A stretch of DNA of 64,000 nt from Haliotis rubra (lineage: Eukaryota), in assembly GCF_003918875.1 (NCBI RefSeq), contig NW_025767309.1, forward strand, positions 558,001 through 622,000, in the 5' to 3' direction. The notes beneath the pieces are model-generated. The model was not told the DNA's origin and ran no database searches. It saw only the letters and a program-made list of their open reading frames with translations. Shown here piece by piece: positions 12,547 to 25,056 of this stretch. The stretch's first letter is position 1, and every line of letters begins with the position of its first letter. The position numbers and the translations under genes are program-made.

Positions 12547-12842
12547 GGCCAGACCAATTTTATTTCTTGTTTTACGGATTTTTGTCCTCAGGAAACCTAA
12601 AGGCAGGAGGGAAAAAAAATATTAAAAAAATACTAAAAGTATTGTACTTTTGGAAGTTTATGAAGTGTATATGGGGCAAAACACAATCTGAAAAAAAAAT
12701 AACTTGTAAATTTACATGTTTGACCAATAAAAAATTGGGATTTTATTTTTTGAGCGAGGAAAATTGACTTTCATTTTTTTTCATATTCTTGAAAAAATAT
12801 GACCGGCGAGTCCGTAAAACAAGAAATAAAATTGGTCTGGCC
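12547..12842. mobile_element. PIF/Harbinger (Tourist-like) MITE, copy 1
   Basis: ~30-bp TIR GGCCAGACCAATTTTATTTCTTGTTTTACGGA and 3-bp TTA TSD. Confidence 0.85.
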
Positions 12843-13229
12843 TTAGCACTATATTCAAACAAGCCTCAAAACGGTATTATCTAGGTTGTGGTGTTCTTTG
12901 CTTAGGAGTGTTCCACTGCGTCACTTTACCTGCTTTTATCAAATTGTTATCATTTTATATACAGAGTTTAGATGTACCAGTACCTGAATTCTTCAACATC
13001 ATGAAAAGATTTGTATAGTTTCTTAATTTGCAGAAAATAAACATATACTGAAAATAGTCTTCTCAAGCCTTTGTTTTTTATAGTTATTGAATGGGTTCAT
13101 ACAGCGACAAATTATGTTTCTTTATTGTAATGAGTGGACAAGACTGCAATGTGATGATGTATTAGAAAAATGGATTTATGATATGTCATCATATGTTTAC
13201 TTGTACAAGAATGTAAGCTACACTGATTA

Positions 13230-14020
13230 CTCTGTCAGAATTGACTTGACATGGTGCTGTTGAGAAGAATCTTTTCTACACTGACTTGACATAGAGCCTT
13301 GAGGACAGGAATCTTGTCTTGACTGTCAGAATACAAGAATCTTGTCAACAATGTCAGAATTGACTCATGGCAGCCTTTGCAGACATGAATCTTGTCTTCT
13401 CTGTCAGAATTGACTAGACATGGTGCCTTAAAGACAAGAATCTTGTCAACAATGTCAGAATTGACTCATGGCAGCCTTTGCAGACATGAATCTTGTCTTC
13501 TCTGTCAGAATTGACTAGACATGGTGCCTTAAAGACAAGAATCTTGTCAACAATGTTGCCTTAAAGACAAGAATCCTTGTCAACAATGTCAGAATTGACT
13601 CATGGCAGCCTTTGCAGACATGAATCTTGTCTTCTCTGTCAGAATTGACTAGACATGGTGCCTTAAAGACAAGAATCTCTTGTCAGCCTTTGCAGACATG
13701 AGTCTGTCAGAAATTGACTAGACATGGTGCCCTTGCAAGACATGAATCTTGTCTTCTTTGCAGACATGAATCTTGTCTTCTCTGTTGGATTTGACTAGAC
13801 ATAGTGCCTTAAAGACAAGAATCTTGTCAACAATGTCAGAATTGACTCATGGGAGCCTTTGCAGACATGAATCTTGTCTTCTCTGTCAGAATTGACTAGA
13901 CATGGTGCCTTAAAGACGAGAATCCTGTCAACAATGTCAGAATTGACTCGACATGGAGCCTTGAGGACAAGAATCTTTTCTACATTGTCAGAATTGAGTA
14001 AATGTGGTGCCTTGAGGATG
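13230..14020 (+). repeat. Minisatellite of ~50-51-bp monomers in ~101-bp dimers
   Basis: Alternating tgtcagaattgactagacatggtgccttaaagacaagaatcttgtcaacaa and tgtcagaattgactcatggcagcctttgcagacatgaatcttgtcttctc units. Confidence 0.9.
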
Positions 14021-14259
14021 AGTATGTTGTTTCATTCCACCCTTTGTGACAGCTGGTGATATATATCTGCTTCATGATTAAGTATGTGAATATAGAGATA
14101 TGATATAGTAAGAGGGATGGCAGGATATAGCCTGCACACCTTACACTTCAGTGTTCACAAGGGTACGTTGTCTCTCTTGGCATGGGTTAGTGAATTGGGG
14201 TTCATGCTACTTCTGACAATATTCCACCTTCATGACTTAACGTGCCAGGAAAGCCTGAA

Positions 14260-14505
14260 GTGAGTGAGTGAGTTTAGTTTTACACCACACTCAGCAATAT
14301 TCCAGCTATATGATGGCAGTCTGTAAATAATCGAGTTTGGACCAGACAATCCAGTGATCAACAGCATGAGCATCATTATACGCAATTGGGATACGATGAG
14401 ATGTGTCAACCAAGTCAGCGAGCCTGACCACCCGATCCCGTTAGTCGTCTCTTACGACACGTATGGATTAATGAAGATCAATTCTAACCCAGATCTTCAC
14501 GGGTC
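14260..14505 (-). mobile_element. SINE-like retroposon family 2 (no tRNA head, structured 5' end, (CTCA)n tail), full-length copy
   Basis: TSD aaagcctgaag. Other copies at ~3020-3150, 35940-36170(+), 40097-40336, 45490-45675, 50480-50866 and 54920-55040. Confidence 0.8.
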
Positions 14506-15962
14506 AAAGCCTGAAGTGATGCAGGTCACAGGTGTGAATAATTTGAGCACAGGTATGGTGCTTACAAACCTGGAAACATCATTGGAGAGGATGGTGATTC
14601 CATCCCCAAATCATGGGGAGTTACCTTGCTATAAGAAGTTTATATTCATGGATTCCCTGCCTAGATGTGACAAGAATATTGTAAAAAGCAGGCCAAATCA
14701 TAAACTTCACAGTAAAATTTACAAAATAAATAATTTTATAACATCTTTTGGTACCTATATGAAGCAATCAAAATCAATTAACATAAGTAACTAGTGTTAC
14801 CTACAGTTCAACTCAACCCACACACTGGACCATCCTTACACCCACATCAGTAGTCTGTCGTACAGACCCTGAAACAAATATATCCATGAAAGCCTATGCA
14901 ATTCTAGTATACATGGCAAGTCTAGATTTCCACAGTTTCAGGCTGAAAATGAAGAAAGTCTCTGGGCTCCTTTTCATTATATTTTGTGATGATTTTTTAT
15001 GAACAGTAACATATGTTCATTTCAGAGACAAGATGTTAGTCTACCACATCAGCTGACCAGAAATCTACAACTGTATTGAGTTGATTATTGAGTTGATAGG
15101 GAGGACTTCATCCCACCAGATATTGTATGAGCAAAGTACCAGTCTTCCAACAGTATCTCAATCACAAATGATGGCTTTGGTGTTATATTTAAGGCTGATG
15201 TTTCACACATGTTTCTGCTGATAATTGATTATCTTCCTGGAATAATCCATAAAGGTTTTTGGCCTGTGGCTTGCGTGACCATACAGCCCAAAATTCATTT
15301 ACATTGCACATTCAATGCAATATGCTGCAAACACTTGCCCTGGTCTCAGGTCACAGAAAGGCCGAACATCCATCAACTTGAGTGAGTTTGGTTTTACGCG
15401 GCTTTTAGCAATATTCCAGCAATATCATGGCAGGGGACACCAGAAATGGGCTTCACCCATGTGGGGAATCGAACCCGAGTACTCAGCATGATGAGCGAAC
15501 ACTTTAACCACTAGGCTACCCCCACCCCCAGCCCCCATCAACATGAACAATTGATGATTTAGACAACAAAGATAGGTTTAATCATCACTGTAACCAGATT
15601 TTTTTGTCTACAGGAAGATCAAATTTCAAATATTATCACGAACAGGATGCACATTCACCCACCAGCACTATGCGACACCTATATTTAGGAGAGGCTTGAC
15701 TGACCTGACAGTCACATAATAGAGCCTGTTGTCACTGACTGTCAGTTACCACACATAAGGATAGGCTTTAACCAGATCAAATAAACACATACCATACATA
15801 ATAGCATTGACAGATCAACTATCATACTGAAGTAGGCCAACTCATGGATGACAGGGACAGTTAGGATAGGATAAAGTTAAGTTCACAATTACCATTGAAG
15901 TTGATAAGACTTCAGGGACCTGTCAGGGAAGAAGTTGGCATTAGGATTTTATATTTTGCTGA

Positions 15963-16251
15963 GGCCAGACCAATTTTATTTCTTGTTTTACAGAGTTTTG
16001 TCCTCTGAAAACCTAAAGGCAAAAAGGGAAAAGGGAAAAAAAAAAAAAAATACTAAAAGTATTTTACTTTTGGCAATCTATGGAGCAAAACACAATCTAA
16101 AAAAATCCTTTCTTGTAAATTTACATGTTTGACCAATAAAACATTACGATTTTATTTTTGAAGTGGGGAAAATCAACTTTTTTTTTTCTTCTTATTCTTG
16201 AAAAAATACAACCGGCGGATCCGCAAAACAAGAAATAAAATTGGTCTGGCC
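15963..16251. mobile_element. PIF/Harbinger MITE, copy 2
   Basis: Same TIRs as 12547-12842, TGA TSD. Confidence 0.85.
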
Positions 16252-18539
16252 TGACTACCCATTTTATTTTCATTTTTTCATGACCACCTCCCCAACACAC
16301 ACACACACACTCCTTAAAATAACTGACCATTCCCTAACTAACATTTAACTTAAATAAATAATTTATAACCTCTGGAAAAATAGGTATAGAGCTGTCACGT
16401 TTTCATGGCCTACTAAACCTTTAATTGTGATAAATGTGTATGTTCTCAAAAAGATATGCTTAAAAGAATATGGTAAAAAATCCTAGTTTTGTAATCTTTT
16501 CAGCTCACTGAAAAACATGAGTTGTAACTATACATTTTTACTTTTGCATTGGGATCTACAATCTTTTAAAGTAATGTCTGAGGATAGAAAGATGGAACTA
16601 CCATATACCCCAGAATAAAAATTAACACAAATGGAATGTTCAACATGGTTCCTATGGTGTTAGGAGACTCCATCACTATCAGTGACAATGAAGTAATTAT
16701 GACTGAAACATATAAACATTATGATTCATGTATCACCATCATGTATCACAATGTGATAAGCAACGATACAAAGCAAGAGGCTACTCCAAATGCCATCAGT
16801 ATATGGTGTCTGTCTACTTAAAGTCTGAAAATACATAATTTTGATATGAACAAATAACTCCATATAAATTGAGGAGCTCTAATGAGCTCGGAGTTTCAGA
16901 AGCTATGGAAATCTATACTTGTTTCATTTATGGCTATCACATTGCAAAAAGGGTTTGGGTGAAGGGAAAATAATGTGGTTCAGGGATTGAAGCAGACTAG
17001 GCAACTCAAGAGATTGGTTTTGAAATTCATAGATATGGCACAGTTGGGAAGGTTCTAGAAATGGGTTTCTTGTCACTTTAGGGGACGGCTTCACTCATTG
17101 TGCCCATGTGGGCATCGAACTCAGGTCTTTGGTGTGACAAGTGAATGCTCTAACCACAAGGCTACCCCACTGCCCTGATGCACATAAAAATTTGTTCCAA
17201 AAGGTTGTGTTATTTCTAGGGGTGACAATTGGGGTAGAAAACAACTATTGTGATAGCGATAGTCTATTGCGACCAATTCTCCTTGAATTGTCTCATTTGA
17301 AGTCATTTCCCAAATGAATAGAAAGTTTATATGAAATAAAAATAAGTCGAAGTAGTTTCGGTCTCTTTTAGCAACTGACAAGAAACTTGAAACCCAGTTC
17401 AGGTAAACAGTTAAAACATAAACTCAATTGAGCTGCAAGTCTGCACCCAAACATCCTGTATTTTTCGCTGAGCATTTATCAACGGAAATCAATTACTAAA
17501 CTATCGACAGTCACACAAACTATCCATAGGTTTTCGTTTCTACCATGATTAATTGCTATCAGAGACTCAACAATTGCAATCCATTGGTAGTACGATGCAT
17601 TGTTACAGCACTAGTTATTTCATTTGAGGCATAAATCTGATTATTTACAGATGCAGTAATTGATGATTAAACTGCCAATTACAACCTTTCACCTGCCTAG
17701 TCTGTTCCCACGTTTAAGTTCAGAACATGACATTCTTTTGCCACATACAGTTATAAACAAGAATTGATGTAGCCTTCAGGCGGTGGGGTGGCCTAGTGGT
17801 TAAAGCATTTCGCTCATCACGCTGATGACCCAGGTTTGATTCCCCACATGGGTACAATGTGTGAAGCGCATTTCTGGTGTCTTGCACCATGATATTGCTG
17901 GAATATTGCTAAAAGCAGCATAAAATCCAACTCACTCACTCACCTGGTGACTGTGGACGGCTCTAAAATAACATCTCCTAAATACCTAATATTTTTTCAT
18001 TCTGTATATGAGGTCTCTTTAGCGTTGGAGAGATCATTTGTAAAAATCAATTTAGGGATTAATTTATAGTTTGAAAAGTAAATAATAGTAATGAAATCCC
18101 TGGCAGCATGTTTCTGATTTTAGTAAGTCAACAGAACAAAAATAATTTTAGTTTGTTCACCATCACATGATAAACATATATAATCTAAGTGAAGCAACTT
18201 TTGTCTCCAGATTTGTCGGTCATGCTGTGTATGTTTACCACAAAATGATCTCACTAAATGGGACTACAGTGTATGTTATGTCAATACAATTTACTGAACT
18301 AGCTGCCTGGAGTATCCATATGAATTCATTTGTAATACCAAGCCTTGGTGACAGATAATCCATATCATATCACCGCTGGTATTTGTCCCATCACTCATAT
18401 TTGATATTCAGTGTTGCATCTGCTAGTGTGGCAGTGGTGCATTGTTATCTGATGACCGTGGAAGTAATGTATAAGCCAGATTATGTATGTGCCAAATGTT
18501 TTAAAGTTCTCATCACATATAACATAGCCACTAAACAGT

Positions 18540-18652
18540 AGTGAGTGAGTGAGTGAGTGAGTGAGTGAGTGAGTGAGTGAGTGAGTGAGTGAGTGATAGA
18601 GTGTGTGAGTGATAGAGTGAGTGAGTGAGTGGAGTGAGTGAGTGAGTGAGTT
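18540..18652. repeat. (GAGT)n microsatellite expanded from a SINE tail
   Basis: Read directly; abuts a minus-strand family-1 SINE at ~18653-18800. Confidence 0.95.
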
Positions 18653-21600
18653 AGTATGGTTTATGCCCTTTTTAGCAATATTCCAGCAATATCATGGCAG
18701 GGGACACCAGAAATTGGCTTCACACATTGCACCCATGTGGGGAATCGAACCCGGGCTTTCGGCATGACGAGCAAACTCTTTAACCACCAGGCTGCCCCAC
18801 AAAACAGCATATCAAATGTAATTACATTTTAATCAACAAAAAACACACAAACAAATAATATATTCTTCAAACCCCATAAGCCCTATCTGCACATTGTATA
18901 CTGTAGAACTCATGGCTGCTTGCTCTTGAAAAATAACTGTCTTTATGCATGATGTGGTCACCATAGTCAAAGGAAGGAAATACAAAAATATATATTTTTT
19001 ACCATTTTCCACAACCACAAATTCAGATTTACAAATGCTGATTTCTTTGGCTTTGTGCATGGTATGAGTGTGAATGAGGGAGTTTGGTTTGTCGCCGCTT
19101 ATAGCAATATTCTAGCAATATCACAGAGGGGGACACCAGAAATTGGATTCAAACACTGTACCCATTATTGCTCAAACCCTACCCCACATTTCGACTTGTA
19201 ATGTATATATCATGGACATTAAACATGCTGTTGTGTCATCATCTCAATATCCACCAATTAAATTTTACATGGTAACTTTTCATTGTTATATTTTCAAATT
19301 TAAAAACAATGCACAATTTCTTTATGTGGCTGGTATACATCAAAAGACAGTAATTTGGCGGCAGTAGGGTAGCCTAGTGGTTAAAGCATTTACTCGTCAC
19401 ACCGAAGCCCTAGGTTCAATTCCCCACATGGGTACAATGTGTGAAGAGCATTTCTGGTGTCCCCTGGAGAGATATTGCTGGACTATTGCCAAAAGCGTAG
19501 TAAAACCCAACTCACTCACTCATTTGCTTACAATGCATTTCTTACTAGTGGTCATGTAAAATGGTATGGTAATATAACAAGAAGTCTGCCTATATTGTTA
19601 CAAGTTGCAGAATAACAGTCTAGTGACCATATGTAACCCTGACAGCCATCTGGCTGGAATATTGCTGAGTGAGGCATTTAACAGCAAAAGCCAGTTGGAA
19701 ACTGCTAAAAAAATTAGGGATCATGAATATTCTGGGTGTTATTTCTATATGAAGACCAAATTTTTGTATATGTGTATGGTATGTAAATATATTTCATGAT
19801 TCCAAGCCCTTTTTGTTCAACATAAGAGTTTTCACCACTTCTGTTTCAAAGAGAAGGGCAACATTATTCACTTTGTTTATAGTTTAATGACAGAGTCAAC
19901 AATATTTCAGTATCAGTCAACCAGTAAATAGTCTGGACCAGACAAATCCTGCACAGGTTCGATGTAATGAGGAATGCACATATCGGTCTCGCCAGTAGAC
20001 TATGACATGCAAGCTCTGAAGTTACCGGGCATAATCAATCAATCTAATTCTACTGCCTCTGACAACATATATTAGTGTGCTGTAAACCTATGATATGTAT
20101 CTTGTGGCACATTGTACGAGAGCAGATTATACTACGGGAATTTCTATATGCCTAATGATACGTCATGCTGCTCATCAAATTCACGGATAAGTCATTCAAA
20201 GTCACTTCGTCTCCTTGTTTACAGTTATTCCATTCAATAACTACCCTAATTACATCCACACAGATGAGACAGGTTTCACACATGACATTCCCCATAAAAA
20301 ACTTCATCTTGGCTTGAACTGAACAGGAGGTCATGGAATTATAAAGTCTTTGTAACACCAATTCTCACGATATGATTTTACCGAATCTATAGTAGCAATT
20401 GTGGAACATGCATTATCTATGCATGCAGACTACTGAAAATATATCAGGCGGCCCATATATACAAGGCAGGATGAATGTGTCATTAGATAATGAATCATCA
20501 TGTAGTTTATTGAATGCAGTTATGACATTTATACCTAGACGTGTATTGTCCGACAGGGAAATAATTCACATACCAACTTGTCCTGTCAGTATGATCAATG
20601 AAACTCATTCACTTGCAATGAATTCTGTAAATAGTGGCGGTAATATTTCCTTGTCACTTCCTGGTCTCCACACTCATTATGAATGACAGGGAAATGTTAT
20701 GCATATCATTTTGTTGTGAGGTTCTTCAGTTAGACATGTTGGAGATACTGTCAACACAATAATAAATGTCTCTCAAAAACCATGGAAAAAAAAATATAAT
20801 GAAAGTGAGTGAGTATGGTTTTACACCGCTTTTAGCAATATTCCGGCAATATGACAGCAGGGGGACACCAGAAATGGGCTTCACACAAGTTCTAATGAAA
20901 ACAATATAAATCTGATCAATCCGAGTTTATAACAATCCATTACAGCCTTGCCAAATGTCATAAACAATTCATTTAATGAATAAAACCTTCACAGCCTTTC
21001 TATGATTTATAAAAAATGTAGTTGTGTTTCATATAAAGTGGTGTAAATGTCACGTTACTGAAAATAACATCATACTTGGTCATTTCGTCTGATCAATGTT
21101 TTACCATAACAAAATCATTGACAAAACCCATACCTAGTAACAGGAGGCAGTGGGACACGCCCTGAAGGACGGGTGGTGTAATAACTCGGATAACGCGTCA
21201 ATACTGGGTGTGACCACCATTTGTGCTAATAAAGCATGGCAGTGGCAGTGCATTGGAGACACCGGATGATTGACACAGTCTGGGAGATGTTGGTCCAAAT
21301 GTCAACCAAAGATTGCCCAACTGAATAGTGTCAGACATGTTGTATGGAGGAGAGGTTGGGGGGGGGGGCAGCCGAGCAATGTTATGGTGCCATAAAAAGT
21401 CAGTTACAGAAAGTGCCACATGTTGGCAGGCATATATTTCCCTGCTACAACCGCAGAAGAGGATGGAACATGATCAGATAATCTTGGACAATTTTGTTTC
21501 TGTCATTTCATACCCACACTCTTGAAACTGACTTCACTTTGTAACACAGGTGTCCCTTATTCATTCTCTTGGGTCCTGTAGACGACCTTGCACGACCTCT

Positions 21601-22231
21601 CAAGATGAAACCTATCTGAACATGGTACCGTCCCTGTCTTATCCTATCATTTTCAGATGCTGTCCGCACCATGTGGATGTTGTAGCGCCAATAAATGTAT
21701 CACTGGAATACTGCTGAATGAGGCATTAAACACAAGACATCAATTGCTTTTAGTATCAGAAACAAACAGAACTGACTTTCACTTTATTTATTTGGAGTAT
21801 GAGCCTTCTAAGAAGAGCACCCAGCTGTATGAACGTTGGAGTTTGGATGTGCATTTCATCGTTATGATCAGTCAAAGTGACAATATTCTTGATAGTACAT
21901 GCAATTAAACTAACTGCCTTATCCCAATTTATACTAAAATATTAAGTTCAAGATAAAAGCTAGGTTATGAATGATCACTATAGTGATCTTATAGTACTCA
22001 GAACACAATAGTTCTCAGAAAATACAGAATGCAGTCTTGTGAAAAAAAATATGTGAATTTCAAAATGTGTCGTTCATACACTTAAGAACTTCAGATTTCA
22101 TGTGATGACTTCTGGTCCAATTGAAAAGCAGTATTTCATGTAAACTTCACATTAAAAATTCTTTCATTTTGGAAGGGGTCCAATGTTCATTCGCTGCATG
22201 TACTTCCAAACTCAATGGTAGACTTTTTCTA

Positions 22232-23496
22232 CCAGGGGTGGATGAACAGTTCTGAGTCTAACTATGATGGACTGCATTGATAGAGTTGGTTGCAAGTCAT
22301 CTTTCAAAATGATCCCCTCTGAAGTCCACACATTTCACCCAACAACACAAACATGCCTGGATCCCAATGGTGTAGATGTCCTCTTGGTAGTGGATACATC
22401 CTTCATGGCGGAACTGATGTAATATCACTTGCATAATTCTTAACAGGACATTCTTTGATCGAGTGAGGGAAGAGGAGGAAATCTGACGGTGCCCACATCT
22501 TGTGAATGTGGATGATGTCAATAAATTTAAACAACAGACGCATTGCAGACTGAGGTGCAAGTACAGTCTTTAATTAAGAGACGACACATCTTTATTTTTC
22601 CCCCACAATTGTGTCTGATATTCCTATTTAGCGGGCTTTTCAGACCAGCCATTTGTGGTCTGACCTTTCCCATGGTAGTCCTTCAGCAGGATTACTGTGG
22701 AATCTCAGAAAGGCAAAGCCGTATCACATTGCCAAACATGCTTTGTTGTCTTCTTCTTTGTTGGAGATGTTATATGACGGCACAGGTTTGACTGTTGTTT
22801 AACTGTTTTGTCGGTTGTTCTGGTGAACGACCCAATCCTGATCCATGGTTACAAAACAGTCCAACTGCAGCCTGGTCTGTTCAAAACAACATGAATTCTC
22901 ACCAGAAATGGAGAAATCTGGAGCGTTTCTGATCAGGAGTTTGAAGCATCTGAACTTTCTGTCATGCCTAGTTTATTACTGAGAATGTTGGAAACTCTCT
23001 CTTGAGAGATACCTACTTTATTGGCTATGCGGCGTGCACTGATTCCTGGATCATTCAAAATAATACCACATATTTTATCAACATTTTCCTTAGTGGTCAC
23101 AGTTGTGGGTCTTCCTGATCTTGGATCATCTTGGAGACTCTCTTTTCCCCTCCTGAACTCCGCTGCCCACCTTTTAACAGTGGCAAAGGAAGGAGCATCC
23201 TCTCCTAACGTTGACACCATGTCGGCATGGATGGCTGTTGGGGTGAGCCCTTTCATGTGGAGATACTTGATGACAGCTCGGTTGCCTATTTTGTCCATTT
23301 TCATCAACAGAGAATGCCTGGTGACTTTGGTGCCAGCAGAAACCGCTGCCTGGTTTTGTAGCTGGTTCCAGTGCAGTTTGTAAGCACTTGGTGAACAAGT
23401 TGTCTTATTGAGTAGGCGAAGGCTTTTATGTAATACATGCAAACCGTAGCTTCTGATTTCATTTATTTAGGCTCAGAACTTTTCAGCCACCCCACG
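22232..23496 (-). mobile_element. Mariner element, ~1.27 kb, catalytic domain decayed
   Basis: TA-flanked 29-bp TIRs at 22232-22260 and 23468-23496 (5 mismatches). Remnants TPDQKRSR, FVTMDQDW, ILLKDYHGKGQT and WVKCVDFRGDHFER are interrupted by stops and frameshifts. Confidence 0.9.
22933..23298 (-). CDS. Mariner paired-like (bipartite HTH) DNA-binding-domain-only protein, 121 aa (GVQW3-like), possibly domesticated
   Basis: Uninterrupted MDKIGNRAVIKYLHMKGLTPTAIHADM...PSFATVKRWAAEFRRGKESLQDDPRSGRP...ISARRIANKVGISQERVSNIL. Stops where the WVP linker should be. Confidence 0.6.
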   Translation of the reverse strand: MDKIGNRAVIKYLHMKGLTPTAIHADMVSTLGEDAPSFATVKRWAAEFRRGKESLQDDPRSGRPTTVTTKENVDKICGIILNDPGISARRIANKVGISQERVSNILSNKLGMTESSDASNS

Positions 23497-23639
23497 TATT
23501 TCTTTGTAGTGAATATACGATAGTGCTTAGTCATCATATTATAAGAACTATAAGGAGATGGAGAGCTGGTACATTTTTCACTCTCTCTAATACACGTATG
23601 TATGGAAATGTACACGCTATATAGTGTGACAGTAGTAAG

Positions 23640-23794
23640 AGTGATGTACGAAACTACTTGGGTCGTCGACACTTCGAACTCCAAACAGCGCATGCGTCCG
23701 CTCCATCGCCCGGTGTCATCGCTGTAAGGAGTGCGTCAGCTATTTCCCACATTTGTTTACATGCTGAAAGGTCCATTGTCGAGAAGGAGCTGAA
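23640..23794. promoter_or_regulatory. CpG-rich promoter/5'UTR of GPX4-B, potentially bidirectional
   Basis: Locally CpG-rich. NRF1-like GCGCATGCG at 23688-23696; TGTAAGGAGT and ACATTTGTTTACATG shared with GPX4-A. Confidence 0.6.
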
Positions 23795-23797
23795 ATG
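23795..23797 (+). CDS. GPX4: GPX4 copy B exon 1 coding part (ATG only)
   Basis: GAAATG|gtaatg, phase 0 matching exon 2. Context is homologous to copy A exon 1. Confidence 0.65.
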
Positions 23798-24701
23798 GTA
23801 ATGTACCGCACTTATCGTTTTCAAATTTCTTATTTCTTACTATTCTATTCTTAAACACTGCAGTCGCATACAACGGTTTTCAATCATGCAGGTGTGTGAA
23901 TCAGATACCTTCGTCAATTGTCACTATCACCTATTCCATTTGATTATATAAACGCTAGCACTGAGAGTATGTTTCGTGTATCGACGTAAGTTTACATGGT
24001 TAAATAGGGTAAGCTAGTAGGTCTTATCCTTTAAGTTGGATGTTTTGTTATTTATTCACCAAATTCTAGAAAACCAATCAAGCAGTTACTGTCAGCGAGT
24101 GTTGGAAGCCTGTCAGTTCAAAGGTTCACTCTACTGCTGACCCAGATCAAACATGGCTAGAGAGTGCATGCAAGCATCGAATCAAGTTCAAACAGGTGTT
24201 GGCAAGAGTAGATGGACTTTGATAGATACCCAGCCTTCAAATGATGTCAGGAAAAGAATTAGTCGATATGAGAATTTTGTTCATGGGGGCTTGTAGTGCA
24301 GTGTAACCTGGTAAGGTACAAACGTGGTCATTCATTTATTGGTGGGGGATTGGATGATGGGGTTGAGGGGGGAGGTAGAGTGGTTAAGGGGGTCTTCACT
24401 TTTCCTCAACTGACCCAGCCATGATTATCATGATTGTGAGTCAGCATGCTTCAATGTGATAGTTGATCTGTCAACACTGTGATGTATGTCATGAGTTTAT
24501 TTGATCTGGTTATCCTTAAGCGTGGTAACTGACAGTCACTGACAACAGGCTATTATATGTCAGTAAGAGGACAGTCTAGCCTCTCCTATATAGGTGCAGG
24601 TGCATCCTGTTCATGCTAAGGTTTAGAATTTGATCTTCCTGTGGATTAAAAACACTGATAATGAAACATGTCTGTGATCTGGGTACAAGTTTTACTTGTG
24701 A

Positions 24702-25056
24702 GTTGAGGTGAGGTGAAATTGGGTTTAACGTTCTGCTTGAGAATATTTTGCTCATATGACGACGTGCATGTGTGTGTATGTGTATGTGTGGCTGCTTGTA
24801 CTAGCCCAGACTTAAGCTGGTTTTATAGTGCTAGCCCACTGAGATACCATGCCGCAGTGAAGCATGAATACCCCATTCAGACACATTATACTGACTCGAG
24901 CCGACCAGTCCTTGTCGCACCCATTAATGCCGAGCGCCAGGCAGGGACCAACAAGTACCATATTTTAACATCTTTTGGTATGACGCGGCCAGGATCGAAC
25001 CCACGACCTTCCGCACTCCGGGCGGACGCTCTAACCACTAGACCACGGAAGCGGTC
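24702..25056 (-). mobile_element. tRNA-derived SINE family 3 (~350 bp, (CCTCA)n tail)
   Basis: A box TGGTCTAGTGG and B box GGTTCGATCC on the minus strand. Other copies at 29407-32558 (split), 38798-39125 and 45982-46325. Confidence 0.85.

Noticed and set aside
20150-20700. Possible decayed coding sequence
   Set aside because: Only short ORFs with no recognisable motif or splice structure.
24153-24315. Alternative GPX4-B first exon (e.g. mitochondrial form)
   Set aside because: The ATG-initiated frames hit stops before the nearby donor, and no targeting-peptide composition is evident.
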